Of a stretch of 64,000 nt of DNA, positions 27,209 through 35,588 are shown in pieces. The DNA lies in the IMG/VR virus record IMGVR_UViG_3300047160_014545, positions 1 to 64,000 of that record; one strand, 5' to 3'. Position 1 is the stretch's first letter. The number at the start of each line of letters is the position of its first letter. A program made the translations under genes and the position numbers. The notes under the pieces are model-generated. The model saw only the letters and a list, made by a program, of their open reading frames with translations. It was not told the DNA's origin and searched no databases. Origin of the DNA: a virus (taxonomy: Duplodnaviria; Caudoviricetes).

Positions 27209-28450
27209 TTAATTGATGCGGCCGCCAGCCCAATGCTGGTCTAATTGCGCTTGCAAATCGGCCGGCGTCTGCGGGCGGTTCCGGGTTGCAGCGGGGATAT
27301 TCTGGCGTCCGACTTGCTGGGCAGCGGTATTCAATGTCCGCTTCTGCATTGCCGCAGCTTTGAACACCACCCGCAACTGATCATTGGGCAAGCGCCCGCT
27401 GTCGAAATGCCCGGGCGAGCCCGAGGTCAGAACATCAATCGCCGCCCGCATTTCCGGACCCGAGGCATAAGCCCCGGTCAATGCCCGGCGGCGCAGATCA
27501 AACATCGCTCCGACGGTTTCTGCCGGTTTGGCATTGCGGTTAAACGCTGGCAGGCGGATCCCCGGATTGAGGATTTCGGCGAGCGCTACGGTTTCCTGAT
27601 GAGCGTCGACAAACAGTGCACTGTCATGAGCTGTGCGGGCGCGGTCGCCGGTGCCTGGCGGCGCCTCAAATTCGAGCTCGCCCAGGATCTCGCGATTAGC
27701 CTCCATGGGTGCGGGCTCGGCATTGAAGGCGTCGTCAAACCGCTTGCGGTCGTCATCCATGCGGCGGCGGGCATCGTCGTCATAGCGGCGATAGCCGTCC
27801 TCTTCGTGCCGGCGCATGGCGTCATCCATGCGCCGCCAGTCTTCCTCGAGGCGGCGATGGCGGTCTTCCTCCATACGCCCGCGAGCATCATCGAGGCGGC
27901 GACGAGCATCGCCTAGATGCCGTCGGGCGTCCTCTGCATGCCGGCGACGATCCTCCATGCGCCGATCGTCGTGCCGCCGGTCGTCATGCCGGCGCCGGTC
28001 ATCGTGGCGGCGGTCTTCCATGTGCTTGCGCATGCGGTCGAGATGCCGTCTGCGGGCATCGTCCATGCGCTTGCCGCGGGCGTCATCGGCGCGGCGGTCC
28101 CGGGCGGCGTCTTCGTAACGCCGCCGGCGATCCTCGTAGCAGCGGTCGTACCAGTCGTCTTCCCCTTCGCCTTCGGCGCGCTGCTCGACCTCTTCGGCCT
28201 CGGCTTCGGCCAACACCTCAAGGTCGGCGCCCAATTCCTCGACCTGGCGCTCCAGCGCCTCCATTCGAGTTGCGACCTGTTCGCCTTCCTCCTGGTCCTT
28301 CTCGGCAGCCTCGGGCAAATGCACGTGCACGTGCTGGTGCTCGCCCTCTTCGCCCTCTTCGGCTTCCTTCTCGATCTCCTCCAGCTCAGCCGCATCACGC
28401 GCGGCAAATGCTCGCCGAACCAAGTTCTGTAACTTGCCACGTGCGGCCAT
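27209..28450 (-). CDS. Scaffolding protein with an Arg/Asp/His low-complexity core
   Basis: Starts MAARGKLQNLVRRAFAARD after a GAAAGGG RBS; acidic segment, HQHVHVHL, RRxDD repeats; C-terminal EIL.PGI..P...R..AL..A...F..AA...N...P....W, typical of the scaffold tail. Confidence 0.75.
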   Translation of the reverse strand: MAARGKLQNLVRRAFAARDAAELEEIEKEAEEGEEGEHQHVHVHLPEAAEKDQEEGEQVATRMEALERQVEELGADLEVLAEAEAEEVEQRAEGEGEDDWYDRCYEDRRRRYEDAARDRRADDARGKRMDDARRRHLDRMRKHMEDRRHDDRRRHDDRRHDDRRMEDRRRHAEDARRHLGDARRRLDDARGRMEEDRHRRLEEDWRRMDDAMRRHEEDGYRRYDDDARRRMDDDRKRFDDAFNAEPAPMEANREILGELEFEAPPGTGDRARTAHDSALFVDAHQETVALAEILNPGIRLPAFNRNAKPAETVGAMFDLRRRALTGAYASGPEMRAAIDVLTSGSPGHFDSGRLPNDQLRVVFKAAAMQKRTLNTAAQQVGRQNIPAATRNRPQTPADLQAQLDQHWAGGRIN

Positions 28451-28504
28451 AGCGTTGCCCTTTCTTGACCTTCTCAACGAAACCGAAAAAATGAACCGCT
28501 TCTT

Positions 28505-29158
28505 TTACTTGGCGCGGTTCAGACCAAGCTCCCCTGCAGAGAGGTGGAGATGAATATGTCTGATACGGCGGCGCTGTACTGCCGCAAGAATTACTGGCGG
28601 CATGTTATTGTCGTCATCGCCAATTGAGCAGCGCGGGCCACAGCGGGCACTATCGACGAGCGCTATGTGATTGCCGACAATATTGGTCTGCGCATAATGG
28701 CCATCGCCCAATTTCTTGTAATCGGCACCGTATCCGCAGCTGACTTGCCGCTTGCCCTCCATAATCGCTTGAATGGCTTCCTCGTCCTGAATTACGAGGT
28801 CGGCAAACAGCAGCGAGTCTTCGATGCCCTCGCCGCGGTGCACATGCTGGGCATTGCCCATGGCATAGCGCCGCCAGTTGCCGGGGTTGACATCCTCGCT
28901 AGGATGATCGTTGACGATCGGTGCGCCTTCGAACGAAGCAATCGTTTGCGGGCGGAACACCTCTTCGGGTTCGCGCTCAACCTTGATGTAGCCATTGGGC
29001 CCGGGCTCAATCGGCGGGTCATTCGGACCAGCGCGGATTTCGTTTGGCCCATAGATTTGCAACCCGGTACGAGCAATTGGCACATCAAAGCAGATCAATG
29101 CTCCCGATGCGGTGCGCGCCCGCTTTGGACCGAGTTGTGCGGTGGTGTAGAACTTCAT
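28505..29158 (-). CDS. Prohead protease (DUF2213-like)
   Basis: G.LIC.DVPIARTG.Q.Y...R.PEEVF.P.TIASFEG.PI..DHP...V.P.NW...A.G.AQ.V.RG...L.ADL.I.D..AI...VSCGY.A...GNHIALV..ARCGPRCSIGD. Confidence 0.9.
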   Translation of the reverse strand: MKFYTTAQLGPKRARTASGALICFDVPIARTGLQIYGPNEIRAGPNDPPIEPGPNGYIKVEREPEEVFRPQTIASFEGAPIVNDHPSEDVNPGNWRRYAMGNAQHVHRGEGIEDSLLFADLVIQDEEAIQAIMEGKRQVSCGYGADYKKLGDGHYAQTNIVGNHIALVDSARCGPRCSIGDDDNNMPPVILAAVQRRRIRHIHLHLSAGELGLNRAK

Positions 29159-29451
29159 CTAGTAGATGCGGGTGCCGTGTTTGAAGTGTCGCGTTTGGTC
29201 AAAGTGCAAGTCTGGGTAATGCTCGGCAGCGTTGGTACATCGGTGGTCGCCGCATAAGCGCCGCCGACCTTGGCCGGGATAGCACTCGCTGGAATTGTTG
29301 CCGTGGTGGTTGCGGTGCCGCCCGTCGGATTGCCGTACACATAAACCGTTACACACGCATCGTTTGCTGTGAGAGTTAGAGGCCCATTCTGGCCAGGGGT
29401 GCAAGCAACTAAACTTGCTGCGAACAGTAACGAGACTGCACGCAATTTCAT
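29155..29451 (-). CDS. Putative lipoprotein
   Basis: MKLRAVSLLFAASLVA-C: basic N-terminus, hydrophobic core, lipobox LVAC. Confidence 0.6.
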   Translation of the reverse strand: MKLRAVSLLFAASLVACTPGQNGPLTLTANDACVTVYVYGNPTGGTATTTATIPASAIPAKVGGAYAATTDVPTLPSITQTCTLTKRDTSNTAPASTR

Positions 29452-29469
29452 GTGCTACTCCATTTGAGG

Positions 29470-30444
29470 TTAGGCGAAGCCGGTAATTATCCCATTCACC
29501 ACCGTGATAGTTTTGCCGACAAGAGTGGCTGAAGTTATGGTTCCCGAAAAACCGCTATAGGAGGGTCCGGTGGCACCCGTGGGCCCGCCTGCCCCGGTGG
29601 GGCCCGTGGCACCCGGTGTCGAGGTGGCTCCCGTCGGGCCCTGAACTCCGGTCGGTCCGGTGGCTGCTGCACCGGTAGCGCCGGTCGGACCCGTACCGAG
29701 CGCGCCGGTTGGCCCGGTGGCACCGACTGCTCCGGTTGGTCCAGCTCCGGTTGGGCCCGTAACTCCAGGCGTACCGTTCGCGCCAGTGCTTCCGGCGGCG
29801 CCTGTCGGACCGGTAGCCGCAGCACCCGCGGCGCCGGCTGGCCCGGTGGCACCGGTCGGGCCTGGCCCTGTAGCCCCGGTGCTTCCAGCTGTCCCTGTCG
29901 GGCCTATACTTCCAGTTGCGCCCGTAACCCCGGGCACACCATTTGGCCCGGTCATTCCTGTGGGGCCGGTCGGTCCGCCGGATGGCCCCGTGTTGCCAAT
30001 AGGCCCTGTGGGGCCCGTGGAAGCCGCTCCAGCGCCTCCAGTTGGTCCGGCGGTACCAGTGGGACCCGTCGCTCCTACCCCGCCTGTAGGGCCGCCGCTG
30101 GGCCCCGTTGCCCCGCCCGGGCCTGTGGGTCCAGCAGCGCCGGTCGGACCGCCTGAGGGACCAGTTGGTCCGGTTGAGCCTACCCCAGACCCGAGCGGGA
30201 CCTGAATATCGAGCGTGCTTGCTCCCGATACGGTAATGCCGGCGATATAACCGTTCCCGCCGACCCCCATTTGGAGAACGCCGCCCGGCTGAACCGGCGT
30301 ATCGGTTGTAACCGCTACAACCGAGGCGCTGCCCAGCCGGACATACCCGGTAACAGTGCCGTTATTGGCGACAAAGGCTGTGAGCCCACCACCCGTAGGA
30401 AGGGCGACGCGCGCAGAAACATTGGTGATCGCGAGCGTCGCCAT
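29470..30444 (-). CDS. Collagen-like protein (about 70 triplets) with a small beta N-domain and a C-terminal [10 protein letters not shown] motif
   Basis: GPT/GAT repeats over about aa 87-298. Confidence 0.85.
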   Translation of the reverse strand: MATLAITNVSARVALPTGGGLTAFVANNGTVTGYVRLGSASVVAVTTDTPVQPGGVLQMGVGGNGYIAGITVSGASTLDIQVPLGSGVGSTGPTGPSGGPTGAAGPTGPGGATGPSGGPTGGVGATGPTGTAGPTGGAGAASTGPTGPIGNTGPSGGPTGPTGMTGPNGVPGVTGATGSIGPTGTAGSTGATGPGPTGATGPAGAAGAAATGPTGAAGSTGANGTPGVTGPTGAGPTGAVGATGPTGALGTGPTGATGAAATGPTGVQGPTGATSTPGATGPTGAGGPTGATGPSYSGFSGTITSATLVGKTITVVNGIITGFA

Positions 30445-30472
30445 GGACTACTTCCTCTTCAAGCGGACGGAA

Positions 30473-30955
30473 TTAGTCCAAAGAGCAATCGACGTGCCCG
30501 GTGGTCGTGCTGCCGCCCCCGGTGATCACTGTCTTGCTCCGCCATTGGGCAGGCAATGGTATTCCGGCGCCGACATTGGTTGTGGTCGTGACACCCGGAC
30601 CAACACTCAATGCCGTCGTTCCATCAGTCGCGACAATGCTGGCTGAGGACAACAGCGACACATAGGTCGTCGCGAATTTGCCCTCGAGCGAAAACACTAC
30701 AGTCGGCGAGCCGGTATGAGCGGTCTGGTTATAGACGCAAATTATCGTCGAGCCATAACCGCCCTGATCGGTCGAGGTAAACGTGCCGGGTGCGGCAGCG
30801 GTCAGCGTTTGCACACCGGTTATAGCGGTGCGTCGCTCTTGCGTACCTACTATACTCGAGGGCGGTGATTGAGCCAGCGCAAGCGCCGTCAAACCGCCAA
30901 GAAGCACAACAGCCGGCAGCAACGCCGTGAGAATGTGACGGCGCAGTTCTTTCAT
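30473..30955 (-). CDS. Signal-peptide-bearing beta-rich protein
   Basis: MKELRRHILTALLPAVVLLGGLTALALA-Q resembles a Sec signal; Thr/Gly-rich mature part. Confidence 0.6.
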   Translation of the reverse strand: MKELRRHILTALLPAVVLLGGLTALALAQSPPSSIVGTQERRTAITGVQTLTAAAPGTFTSTDQGGYGSTIICVYNQTAHTGSPTVVFSLEGKFATTYVSLLSSASIVATDGTTALSVGPGVTTTTNVGAGIPLPAQWRSKTVITGGGSTTTGHVDCSLD

Positions 30956-30971
30956 CGGATTTCTCCTTGGT

Positions 30972-31736
30972 TTACGCGGCCCGCCGTTCGGGCAAAATGT
31001 CAGGAATTACCGGCAGTGGTGTGCAGCGACAGTTTGGGAAATTGCCGGCGTGCCCCGTCATGTTGTCGAGGGTTGGGGGCTCATCCCAACGCACGAATTT
31101 CCCTTCCATGGTCCGATGGCTAGGCCTGACGCGCGCATCCCGCACCGTAAGCCAGCGATACCCAGCCGAGCCGACATATTCGGCGCGCGCCTGGGTTAGG
31201 CTGCTCGAGGTCCGTGCCACCTCGGTGCGCGCGATCAGTGTTGCGCGGTTGACGGTGATATCGCCGAGCCCGTGTATTTCGGGCACAAGTTCGGCTGCTC
31301 GCTTCCCGGCAAGCAAGCCCTCGATGGTGAGCTCGTGCACCCGCTGCGCCGCTTCGAGCGGCAGCGAGGTAATCAGATCCACCTGCTCGTCGAGTATGTC
31401 GCGAAACAATTGGCCCGTCGGCGCGTTGGCTATTTCAAGCCGCAAAGCCCGGGACATTTGCTGCGCCATCGTCGCCCAGGCCTTGGCGTCGCGGCGCTCG
31501 ACATCTTGCAGCATGCGCAACCCGGTGGTGCGCGCCCAAGGGCGGATCAGCTCTGCATATCGAACAAGAGCATTCTGGACCAAGCTGTCGAAGAGCGGAT
31601 CCTCGAGCGAAAAGCCATTGAGGATCTCAGCAACATGACGGGCAATCGCCCGCAGCCGTCGCGCGTATTCGGTATCGGCGCGGCGTACCTTGGCCCATGC
31701 CGAACGCTCGGCGCGGGTGTTCTGTTGTGCTGGCAA
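30972..31736 (-). CDS. Phage Mu F-like (SPP1 gp7) minor head protein, short form without toxin domain
   Basis: NRA.LIARTEVAR.S..LTQARA...GS.GY.WLT..D.RVRPSH..M.G.FV.WD.PP.LD..TGHAG.FPNCRC. Confidence 0.9.
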   Translation of the reverse strand: MPAQQNTRAERSAWAKVRRADTEYARRLRAIARHVAEILNGFSLEDPLFDSLVQNALVRYAELIRPWARTTGLRMLQDVERRDAKAWATMAQQMSRALRLEIANAPTGQLFRDILDEQVDLITSLPLEAAQRVHELTIEGLLAGKRAAELVPEIHGLGDITVNRATLIARTEVARTSSSLTQARAEYVGSAGYRWLTVRDARVRPSHRTMEGKFVRWDEPPTLDNMTGHAGNFPNCRCTPLPVIPDILPERRAA

Positions 31737-31745
31737 AAGTTTAGA

Positions 31746-31844
31746 TTATTTTCCGAATAGGAAAAAACCAAACACACACGCGAATAGAATTAGAACCAAG
31801 GCTGTCCAAAGTAATCCGCTGTTACCGCCACGACCATGACCCAT
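31746..31844 (-). CDS. 32-aa single-pass membrane micro-protein MGHGRGGNSGLLWTALVLILFACVFGFFLFGK
   Basis: Manual translation; AGGA upstream; fills the gap before muF; hydrophobic stretch of about 20 aa ending in Lys. Confidence 0.55.
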   Translation of the reverse strand: MGHGRGGNSGLLWTALVLILFACVFGFFLFGK

Positions 31845-31850
31845 AAATTC

Positions 31851-32228
31851 CTACGGCAGAAATTCCCGCAAGCGCGGATCGGCGATCAGCTTTTCGACCG
31901 CGCATCTGATGGCTTCAGATAACATTTCCGACTCGCCCGATTTGGTCAATTGCCGATTGTTGCGGGTAACGGTGACCGCCCACCCATGCATTGGCGGAAC
32001 GCCAGGCTCTTCGGATGGCGTCTTCAGCTGATACACAAATACCGCGGTTGCATTGTCTGACAAGGTTCGTTCCTTCCAAAAATGTACTTGTCCAATCCAT
32101 TTCCTCCAAAAAGAGCGGGGCCGGCATTTGGAAACATTGGGGAATGCCGACCCCAGTTTATGGGAGGAAACGACCCCGGGCGGCCTGGACAGCACCGACC
32201 GGGCCCCTTCACCGCAGATGTGACCCAT
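31851..32228 (-). CDS. Hypothetical protein (start uncertain)
   Basis: The C-terminal half of the ORF looks coding (WAVTVTR...LSEAIRCAVEKL). Confidence 0.4.
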   Translation of the reverse strand: MGHICGEGARSVLSRPPGVVSSHKLGSAFPNVSKCRPRSFWRKWIGQVHFWKERTLSDNATAVFVYQLKTPSEEPGVPPMHGWAVTVTRNNRQLTKSGESEMLSEAIRCAVEKLIADPRLREFLP

Positions 32229-32281
32229 CGCGGCAAAGCTCGTATTAGCCTATCATCCTATTTCGCATTTTCGATCTTCTT

Positions 32282-32527
32282 GTGAACTTCCGGACACGTT
32301 TCCAAGACGGTGATGAATTTCCCATCTGTTGTTTGAACGGCACAGTTGGCCCCCACGGGCAGCAGCCGTTTGTGCTCGCGAGGCGCCCGGATGGCAACGA
32401 CTGCCGAAGGGTTGATCTCGATAATTTCGTGATCGAGACCGGTCAGGATTACGAGCTCATAAGCAAGTTGGTCGCGCGAGGACGAAGTGCAGGCGCTCAG
32501 ACCCGACAGAAGCGCACCAACAATTAA
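32282..32527 (+). CDS. Possible hypothetical protein (opposite strand to the operon)
   Basis: ORF track only; no recognisable motif. Confidence 0.25.
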   Translation: MNFRTRFQDGDEFPICCLNGTVGPHGQQPFVLARRPDGNDCRRVDLDNFVIETGQDYELISKLVARGRSAGAQTRQKRTNN

Positions 32528-32581
32528 AATTGTTGCGTTGCGGCGTGGCGCAGCGGTGCGACGTAGCGTGATTCTCGTCCG

Positions 32582-32824
32582 TCAGCATACGCAGAGGGAA
32601 GCGTTCATTTTCGCCGGAATTGTCATCGTGACTTTGGCCGGTTCCCCGGATTGTTCCTGCTCGGCTGTCTCAAGCGTGACTGTCGTGGTCTTGGTGCTGC
32701 CACCTGCGGTATGCTCGTGCCCGCCACCCGTTTCTTCGCATACGCAGCCCTTGATGCTGCCGCAACCATTAATAGAAAGCATAGATAAGCCCATTACCAG
32801 AGCAATGAGACGCATCGTCTTCAT
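32582..32824 (-). CDS. Lipoprotein-like Cys-rich small protein
   Basis: MKTMRLIALVMGLSMLSING-C with a lipobox-like INGC; four further Cys; downstream of the endolysin. Confidence 0.5.
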   Translation of the reverse strand: MKTMRLIALVMGLSMLSINGCGSIKGCVCEETGGGHEHTAGGSTKTTTVTLETAEQEQSGEPAKVTMTIPAKMNASLCVC

Positions 32825-32839
32825 GGGCAGATAATCCGT

Positions 32840-33049
32840 TTAAGCTGCCGATGGTTCGCGTTCTCTGATCGGTCGAAACTGTATTCCGTGATCCCCTTCG
32901 AATGGCTCGCTGTGGTCGTGACTGCCGCTGGCGATCTCGACCGGGATGCCGCCGAGCGTCAAATCTTTCTGTGCCGGGAACGCTTCACAGAAGGGCCAAT
33001 TGCGGAGCCAACCGCACGAGAAACACACAGGGCTACCGCCCGCCATCAT
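32840..33049 (-). CDS. Small Cys/His protein of the CxxC...C.AFP...GIP...H.EP..GDHGI.F type, typically found beside phage head toxin genes
   Basis: VCFSC..L....CEAFP.......GIP.EI.SG.HDH.EPF.GDHGIQF.P; ATGA-coupled start at 33049. Confidence 0.65.
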   Translation of the reverse strand: MMAGGSPVCFSCGWLRNWPFCEAFPAQKDLTLGGIPVEIASGSHDHSEPFEGDHGIQFRPIREREPSAA

Positions 33050-33270
33050 ACGAGGCCCACGTATTCCCAATAGGCCGAGTGATCGTAGCCGATAAATCGA
33101 TACAGATAGCGTTTCACAACAATCTCTTTGGTTATCCGCGGGGTGGGGGTGTCTTTTGGGATCTCCCATTCAAGCGAGGGGAATTCGTGGAGCAGAAGTT
33201 CTCGGTATGGAGATGCATGAATTTCTCCATCGTGCGGCCCACCACGACACATTCCAGTGAAATCCTTCAT
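33046..33270 (-). CDS. Hypothetical protein
   Basis: G.C.GGP.DG motif; GGAG RBS. Confidence 0.5.
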   Translation of the reverse strand: MKDFTGMCRGGPHDGEIHASPYRELLLHEFPSLEWEIPKDTPTPRITKEIVVKRYLYRFIGYDHSAYWEYVGLV

Positions 33271-33282
33271 TGGGCGCGCATG

Positions 33283-34044
33283 CTACCAATTCTTGCCGGT
33301 GTAGTGGTTGATTGCGGTTTGGGTATTGGAACCCCACAAGCCGTCTACCGTACCAGCATCATAGCCCATCTGGTTCAGCGCGAATTGCAGCATCGCAATC
33401 GCGGGTTTGACGGTGTCCGGCCGAGGCGGCGGCAAGGTGCCCTTGGCAAGCCATTTGTTCAGGTCATCAATCGTGATCGGGGGCGCGAGCTGGTTGAGAT
33501 CCGTCTGGTTGCCCGGACAGCCGGGAACCTGCCCGGTCTCGCTAGACTGCCAGATTGCCCAACACTCGCGCCAATCCGGGTTTGCCGTGGTGCCGTCCCA
33601 CGGCTTCAGCTTGAGATTGTTCCAGCTGGTATATTCCGGAAACCAGCGCGGCCATTGGCCGATGCGCGCACTTGGTGCTGCCGGCGGATACAACCCGTAA
33701 TAATTCATGCCCTGCCGGAGATAGCGCGCCTCGTAGGCGTCCATCCAACGTTCTACCGCCGCGGCAGGCACACCCTCCATTTCCCAATCAAGACAGAGCA
33801 CCGTATCGCCGATTGAATCAAAACACGCCTGCATGTCGTCGGCACTGTCATCAGCATGCAGGTAGACGTAAGCCATCACCGGCATGCCGGCTGCCTGAGC
33901 GTTGGCGAGATTGACGGCAAACTGCGGGTCGGGCGAGGACCCCTCCCAGGCTTTGATGACGACAAACTGGATACCCGCCGCAGCCATTTTCGGCACATCG
34001 GGATAATCTTGATAGTGCGAATAGTCGACGCCGTTGACGGTCAT
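33283..34044 (-). CDS. Endolysin, GH25 muramidase with C-terminal peptidoglycan-binding domain
   Basis: GVDYSHYQ...AAAGIQFVVIKAWEG..DPQF..N...A..AG..V.AY.Y..LDWE (DxE)...IWQ.S.TG.VPG..G..DLN; C-terminal LQFAL..MGY..G.VDG.WG..T..AI. Confidence 0.9.
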   Translation of the reverse strand: MTVNGVDYSHYQDYPDVPKMAAAGIQFVVIKAWEGSSPDPQFAVNLANAQAAGMPVMAYVYLHADDSADDMQACFDSIGDTVLCLDWEMEGVPAAAVERWMDAYEARYLRQGMNYYGLYPPAAPSARIGQWPRWFPEYTSWNNLKLKPWDGTTANPDWRECWAIWQSSETGQVPGCPGNQTDLNQLAPPITIDDLNKWLAKGTLPPPRPDTVKPAIAMLQFALNQMGYDAGTVDGLWGSNTQTAINHYTGKNW

Positions 34045-34053
34045 CAGAAGGAT

Positions 34054-34263
34054 TCAATCCGGGGATCGCTCGGCTTCAAATTCACCTTGAACACACGCAT
34101 ATATCTGAAGCGCCGCCGCAACATCGGCTACGCGGTTCTCGCGCGCGGCCGGTGGGCCGCCAAGCTTCGGCATGTACACCGCCAAGGCTCGCTTGATCTC
34201 ATCCGTTGCCAGCCAGCGGGCTATCGCCGCTATCTGTTCGGGCTCGGGTACGTAGCCGCTCAT
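34054..34263 (-). CDS. Hypothetical protein
   Basis: 69-aa ORF, TGATG-coupled. Confidence 0.45.
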   Translation of the reverse strand: MSGYVPEPEQIAAIARWLATDEIKRALAVYMPKLGGPPAARENRVADVAAALQIYACVQGEFEAERSPD

Positions 34264-34439
34264 CAGAAAGACTCGACCACTCGGTTGTGCGCGTCACAGA
34301 TCTGCTTCAACAACACTTCGACGTCGTCGGCATTTTCAGGGGTCACCGCGAAATAAACGATGGTTGTGGCCGTCCCGCGCTCACCTTCCTCGATCAAGAC
34401 GCCGAGGCCATCATCGGTTACTCGAACATGCCACAGCAT
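34263..34439 (-). CDS. Hypothetical 58-aa protein (not in the ORF track)
   Basis: MLWHVRVTDDG...AHNRVVESF; TGATG overlaps at both ends. Confidence 0.5.
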   Translation of the reverse strand: MLWHVRVTDDGLGVLIEEGERGTATTIVYFAVTPENADDVEVLLKQICDAHNRVVESF

Positions 34440-34795
34440 CAGAGCGGATCCATTCCGGCATCGCTAGCGTCGGCGAGCCAGCTGTCGATCGCTTCACGAG
34501 TGGTGAGCTTGTCGACGCGCAAGCGCATCATGGCAAGCCAAGCACAGCTGTCGGCATCGATATGCGGATTGTTATCCCACACCGAAGAATCGATCCACTG
34601 ACGAAAGTAGGCGCGCAAGGTGGCGATCTGCTCATCGCTCAGCAGTTCCTTATGTTGGAGGTAGGCCTCCATCGCGGGTCGCAACACTCCCGAGGTCTCG
34701 TACATCCAATAGCCAGGACCCTCTTGGCCTGGCGGAACTGTCCAGCGGAAATGGCCATCCACCGCTATTCCTGCGACGCCGTTGGCCAACATCAT
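34439..34795 (-). CDS. Hypothetical protein
   Basis: GPGYWM.ETSG.LRPA.EAYL....L...IA.LRAY.RQWI...W motif; start just after the zincin stop preferred. Confidence 0.5.
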   Translation of the reverse strand: MMLANGVAGIAVDGHFRWTVPPGQEGPGYWMYETSGVLRPAMEAYLQHKELLSDEQIATLRAYFRQWIDSSVWDNNPHIDADSCAWLAMMRLRVDKLTTREAIDSWLADASDAGMDPL

Positions 34796-34796
34796 T

Positions 34797-35588
34797 TTAC
34801 CTAAAATAGCTTTCCAGCAATCGGCTAAGGTCATCCACACCGGGTGCGCTCTTAGCGGTATCGTCGCCCCAGCGCAAGACGGCAAATGCCTCGGCCGCCC
34901 ACTCGTCCTCGTTCACCAAAGCATATCTGGTAGGGAAGCGGTCGAGCCGTCTACATGTAGCCCATGCAGCGTTCTGAAGCTTTTCGAATGAGGGTCCGAA
35001 TTCCTGGTCGGCCGCGATTTCGTGAGCCACGAAATGCCCGTACTCATGGCTGAATATGGATTTAATCGTGGTCATGCCACCATGAAAGCGCCGCGGGCCA
35101 TCTCGATAATCGGTGAAATTGCCGGCAAAGAGCCGCGCCTCAAGCGCTTCCCGGCCTTCGCCGCTCTCACCAAAAGCTCGGCTATTGAGGTAAAGCGTGC
35201 CGTCAGGGTCCGCATCGCCAAACCAGCCGCTGCAATTCTGCTCGCCACCGGGCATGCGATCGGCGATCTCGATGCGCCTGATGCCCGAACGCAGCGGGAA
35301 TTTCTCCTGCAGCTCGGCGAGCTCGTCGAGGACGTCGGTGCGCAACGAAGGGTGCAGCGCCTCGCCGGTAAATTCGATAAGGTCGGCATTCTCAGTCGGG
35401 GGCGCATCGCGAGCCGCGCGGCAATTCGAGCATTCGCAGGCCGGCCCGCAATCGGTTGTTTGTGTCAGTATATTGTGTAACTCAGAGAGCGGTGGCGACG
35501 GATAAAAACGTAGCAAACGCGTTCTCGATACCGGACCGCGCCGCATCACGACATGGGCGCCACGGATATGGAGGTGCATCGCGGTCAC
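34797..35588 (-). CDS. Zincin-like metallopeptidase, probable head-associated effector
   Basis: HExxH motif FSHEYGH plus a distal Glu in TRYA..NEDEW.AEAF; N-terminal MHLHIR and CxCxxC. Confidence 0.7.
   Translation of the reverse strand: MTAMHLHIRGAHVVMRRGPVSRTRLLRFYPSPPLSELHNILTQTTDCGPACECSNCRAARDAPPTENADLIEFTGEALHPSLRTDVLDELAELQEKFPLRSGIRRIEIADRMPGGEQNCSGWFGDADPDGTLYLNSRAFGESGEGREALEARLFAGNFTDYRDGPRRFHGGMTTIKSIFSHEYGHFVAHEIAADQEFGPSFEKLQNAAWATCRRLDRFPTRYALVNEDEWAAEAFAVLRWGDDTAKSAPGVDDLSRLLESYFR

Noticed and set aside
27586-28452. Several overlapping Arg/Ser-rich ORFs around the scaffold
   Set aside because: Alternate-frame products of the RRxDD repeat.
9355-30205. Long Pro/Val/Gly-rich plus-strand ORFs (e.g. 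9355..9669, 18873..19889, 29660..30205)
   Set aside because: Antisense shadows of the collagen Gly-X-Y codons; no RBS or independent signal.
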